Virus record (IMG/VR): IMGVR_UViG_3300025131_000017
Location: 17,556 to 81,555 of that record
Origin: a virus
Reading direction: 5' to 3' (one strand)
DNA: 64,000 bases
Part shown: positions 61,217-64,000 of the stretch, piece by piece
How the letters are laid out: every line of letters starts with the position of its first letter
How positions within the stretch are numbered: the stretch's first letter is position 1
The notes under the pieces: generated by a model
Told to the model about the DNA's origin: nothing
Databases searched by the model: none
What the model saw: only the letters and a program-made list of their open reading frames with translations
Translations under genes and position numbers: made by a program

Positions 61217-63625
61217 CTATGGTGCTATACCACCAATTAATAATGTTGTTGAAGTTAATGCTTTTCCTATTCTAGCAAAATCTGTCGATGAAGTCGATAA
61301 GCCCCCGGCAGATGTAAGCCAATACTCAGCCCCTACAGTTAAACTACTTTGATTTGTTGCTGTTGTTCCTACTGTATTGATATCACCTGTAGCTGTATCA
61401 GAAATTCCTGAGTTTGCGATACCTATGAAATTACCTGCATTGTCAGGTAAATCTGGTGCGGAAGCAAATAAAGCGGTTCCAACCTCTGCTAGTACTACAA
61501 TTTTATCCCCAGTACCACCTTTAATTATTTCCATTCTACCGTCAACATATGTAGTATAAAGTTTTTGACTATGTTTTGAAACAAAAGTTGTCCCTGAAAC
61601 ATAACCAACACCTATTTGAACTAAGTCTGTACCATTTGTCTTTGTTCTATCTTCGTGGGCATAAACTATATTACCATCACCAAGAGCAGTTACAACATTG
61701 TGATAAGAACCATCACCAGACGCTACAGCGGTTGCAGAACCCCAAGCACAGGTATTAGTACCTCCTCCTGTTACAGTTCCTACATACATTTCTGCTGCAG
61801 ATAAAGTTGAGTTACAGGAGAAATATACTGCTTTATTAGTTGAAGAATCAAAAGTCATGTCGGGCCAAAGATTAGAGTTAGCACCGGTGTTAGTATCTGT
61901 AACATGTACTTCTGAGCCATAAGCTATTGTATTAGTAGCTCCACCTGTTACAGTGCCAACTACAGAAGTTAATTTATTACTATCTCCTGAATCGGACCAG
62001 ACAACTAATACTCTGTCTACATTAGTATCATAAATAGCTTGAATACCATAAGTATCATATCCAACCGCATCTGAACTTAGTTGACATTCAGAACCTACTG
62101 CAATTGTGTTTGTGGTTCCTCCTGTAACAGTTAATACGTGAGAGTTTATTTCAGTACCATTACCAGTAGAAAATATAACAACAATTCTGTTTGTATCTGG
62201 GTCAAATACAGCTTCTATACTATCAGGATTATTGCCTGAAACAGATGCTTCTTTACCAGAATCTATTGCACAAGAATTGTCTGAATTATCTACTTCCAGT
62301 ACATATGCTTTCAATGTTCCATTATTAAAAAACACTACCATTCTGTCTACATTAGTATCATATACAAGTTGATTATGCCCACTAGTACCGGGATTAATTA
62401 CTACTTCAGAACCTTCAGTAAAATCCCCATTGCTATCAACATCAACAACTAAAGCCGTTGGGTAATTACTATTACCTCCATCTCGGTAAACACATACAAA
62501 CCTATCTTCATCTGGGTGATATAAAGCAGTAAAATACTCGTTCATACCAGTACTGTTTATACTAGTCAATGTTTTATTATTAACACCAGTTTGTAAAGCA
62601 GCAACTGTTTTAGCTTTACCTCCAGATGTTATGGCAACTTTATCTCCAGCAGAAATTGAACCATCAGCTACTAAGCTAACTGTACCTCCACCAGCTTCAA
62701 CATCTTCCCAAGCTGTAGCGGCACCTGCTCCAGCAGATGTTAATACTTGTCCATCAGTTCCATAATTAGTACCCCCAATTCCAATCTCTCCTTGCGAAGT
62801 AAATCTAAATTTCTCGGTTGCTGCTTCGGAATGTCCTGTCTTGAATATTAAATCTGTCGAGTTAACAGAGGCACTAAATGTTCCTTGAGCCACCGCTTCG
62901 ATACCAGCAGCTACTGTGATAGCATCTGTTCCACCCCCTTCGTGGGGAGCTTGGAACTCAATTTTTCCAATAACATCGTTTGCGTTGATGTCTGTAAGTG
63001 ATGTGGCAAGTAAAAGTTTACCTGTACTTGTGGTGGCATCCGCAGATGCTCCCATTATTCTTAATTGGTCCTCTGACTCATCCCATTCCATATAAGCTCC
63101 GGCAGAAGCCCCAAAGAATTTTACATCATGACCAGTGTCATCTACTCCTACAACTAATCCCCCTCCTGTAAGAGTTACTAGATTAGAAGAGTGAGTAAGT
63201 ATTACATCACCATTATTAAGGTTTATAACACCACCATCTGCTAAAAATAAATCCGACCACATTAAACTTGTGGTTCCTAAAGCTGTACCATTATTAGTAC
63301 CCGGAGATATACTGTTTTCAGCTAATACAACTTCTTTAGCGTTGTTGGCATAGAAGTTTATAGTATTAGCATCTTCAAAGTCTATTTTTGTTTGGTCATC
63401 TTCTCCAATTTTTATATCGGTTGCTAATAAAGAAGTTATACCTGTTTGGGCTGCATCAACATTTACTGTATTTGTAGATAATGTTATACCTGTTCCTGCT
63501 GTAAAGGCAGTTTTAGATATAGCAATAGCTGCAGATGCATTAATGTCTGCGTCTACGATGGCACCATCTAAGATACCAGCTGAAGATACACTCGCTTGTG
63601 ATGGTTCTGAACCAACAAATCCCAT
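61217..63625 (-). CDS. tail fibre/receptor-binding protein with beta-propeller-like repeats
   Basis: GTDGQVLTSAG hinge; repeated YD.N.DR.VV...G.VTGG..N...GSE. Confidence 0.8.
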   Translation of the reverse strand: MGFVGSEPSQASVSSAGILDGAIVDADINASAAIAISKTAFTAGTGITLSTNTVNVDAAQTGITSLLATDIKIGEDDQTKIDFEDANTINFYANNAKEVVLAENSISPGTNNGTALGTTSLMWSDLFLADGGVINLNNGDVILTHSSNLVTLTGGGLVVGVDDTGHDVKFFGASAGAYMEWDESEDQLRIMGASADATTSTGKLLLATSLTDINANDVIGKIEFQAPHEGGGTDAITVAAGIEAVAQGTFSASVNSTDLIFKTGHSEAATEKFRFTSQGEIGIGGTNYGTDGQVLTSAGAGAATAWEDVEAGGGTVSLVADGSISAGDKVAITSGGKAKTVAALQTGVNNKTLTSINSTGMNEYFTALYHPDEDRFVCVYRDGGNSNYPTALVVDVDSNGDFTEGSEVVINPGTSGHNQLVYDTNVDRMVVFFNNGTLKAYVLEVDNSDNSCAIDSGKEASVSGNNPDSIEAVFDPDTNRIVVIFSTGNGTEINSHVLTVTGGTTNTIAVGSECQLSSDAVGYDTYGIQAIYDTNVDRVLVVWSDSGDSNKLTSVVGTVTGGATNTIAYGSEVHVTDTNTGANSNLWPDMTFDSSTNKAVYFSCNSTLSAAEMYVGTVTGGGTNTCAWGSATAVASGDGSYHNVVTALGDGNIVYAHEDRTKTNGTDLVQIGVGYVSGTTFVSKHSQKLYTTYVDGRMEIIKGGTGDKIVVLAEVGTALFASAPDLPDNAGNFIGIANSGISDTATGDINTVGTTATNQSSLTVGAEYWLTSAGGLSTSSTDFARIGKALTSTTLLIGGIAP

Positions 63626-63659
63626 TAGTTTATTCCTCCTTTATTATTATACTCATTTT

Positions 63660-63929
63660 TTAACCTTCCCAATCAGTATTCCAATCATCTCTTTTAGTCC
63701 AAGTACCGCCATCATAGTCATACTTGTCTCCATAGTAATCTCCCGGAACATTACTAACATCTTCAACTATAGTAGAGTTCCCACTATGTAAATCGCTAAT
63801 TATTAGCTCTGGTGGGTCTCCTACTGTTATGTCTTCAGATGTAACAGTTAGTGTTTTATCGTCTGCATAAACATATTTTACTCTTTTGGTTTCGCCTGTT
63901 ATTCCTGATGAAATTATTATTTTACTCAT
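63660..63929 (-). CDS. small fibre-associated protein, paralog of 60877-61200
   Basis: AGGAG RBS; shared motifs. Confidence 0.75.
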   Translation of the reverse strand: MSKIIISSGITGETKRVKYVYADDKTLTVTSEDITVGDPPELIISDLHSGNSTIVEDVSNVPGDYYGDKYDYDGGTWTKRDDWNTDWEG

Positions 63930-63938
63930 TTATCTCTC

Positions 63939-64000
63939 CTATTGTTTAACTGGTGCATTTACTAATATTGTAGTTGCTGACAAGGCTCTACCTACAGGTG
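63939..64000 (-). CDS. 3' end of a second tail-fibre paralog (partial)
   Basis: reads PVGRALSATTILVNAPVKQ*, like RIGKALTSTTLLIGGIAP* of 61217-63625. Confidence 0.6.
   Translation of the reverse strand, partial: PVGRALSATTILVNAPVKQ

Noticed and set aside
13478-63791. Numerous + strand ORFs of 60-176 aa opposite the minus-strand genes
   Set aside because: Antisense shadows of real genes, with no RBS and no recognisable motifs.
1-64000. tRNA genes, integrase or alternative genetic code
   Set aside because: No cloverleaf with a T-loop GTTC(G/A)A was spotted in intergenic gaps by eye (tRNAscan-SE would be decisive). No recombinase motif. Long conserved genes are intact under the standard code.

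Overview
A 64-kb segment of an AT-rich tailed dsDNA phage genome (siphovirus-like). It uses bacterial expression signals (sigma70-type promoters, AGGAG ribosome-binding sites) and a bacterial-type replisome (PolA, DnaB, DnaG, RecA, RuvC, SSB). From recall, its capsid, portal and prohead protease resemble those of archaeal tailed viruses (Magrovirus/halovirus type). Layout: 1-3.5 kb small + strand genes; a lone nadA (3.6-4.8 kb); a G-quadruplex-like G-rich tract (5.2-5.3 kb); an early/host-takeover region (5.4-16.4 kb) of about 17 promoter-gene-terminator cassettes converging at about 8.4-8.9 kb; then one long minus-strand block (tail fibres, neck and tail at 64-50.8 kb, replication at 50-36 kb, terminase/RNR/portal/head at 36-20.7 kb, small membrane proteins at 20.5-16.5 kb). 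The most unusual signals are non-coding. Six intergenic elements share the palindrome CGATATATCG. A 17-bp operator-like repeat overlaps early -35 boxes. Two stand-alone, ORF-less structured RNA transcription units are present, plus a leader pseudoknot. Other notable items are a sigma70-region-3-like mini-protein, a probable -1 frameshift extending the prohead protease, a nested out-of-frame gene in the C5 methyltransferase and a candidate late-promoter motif for the phage sigma factor. All protein calls are from motif recognition by eye; no database search was run. No tRNA, rRNA, CRISPR array or integrase was seen.
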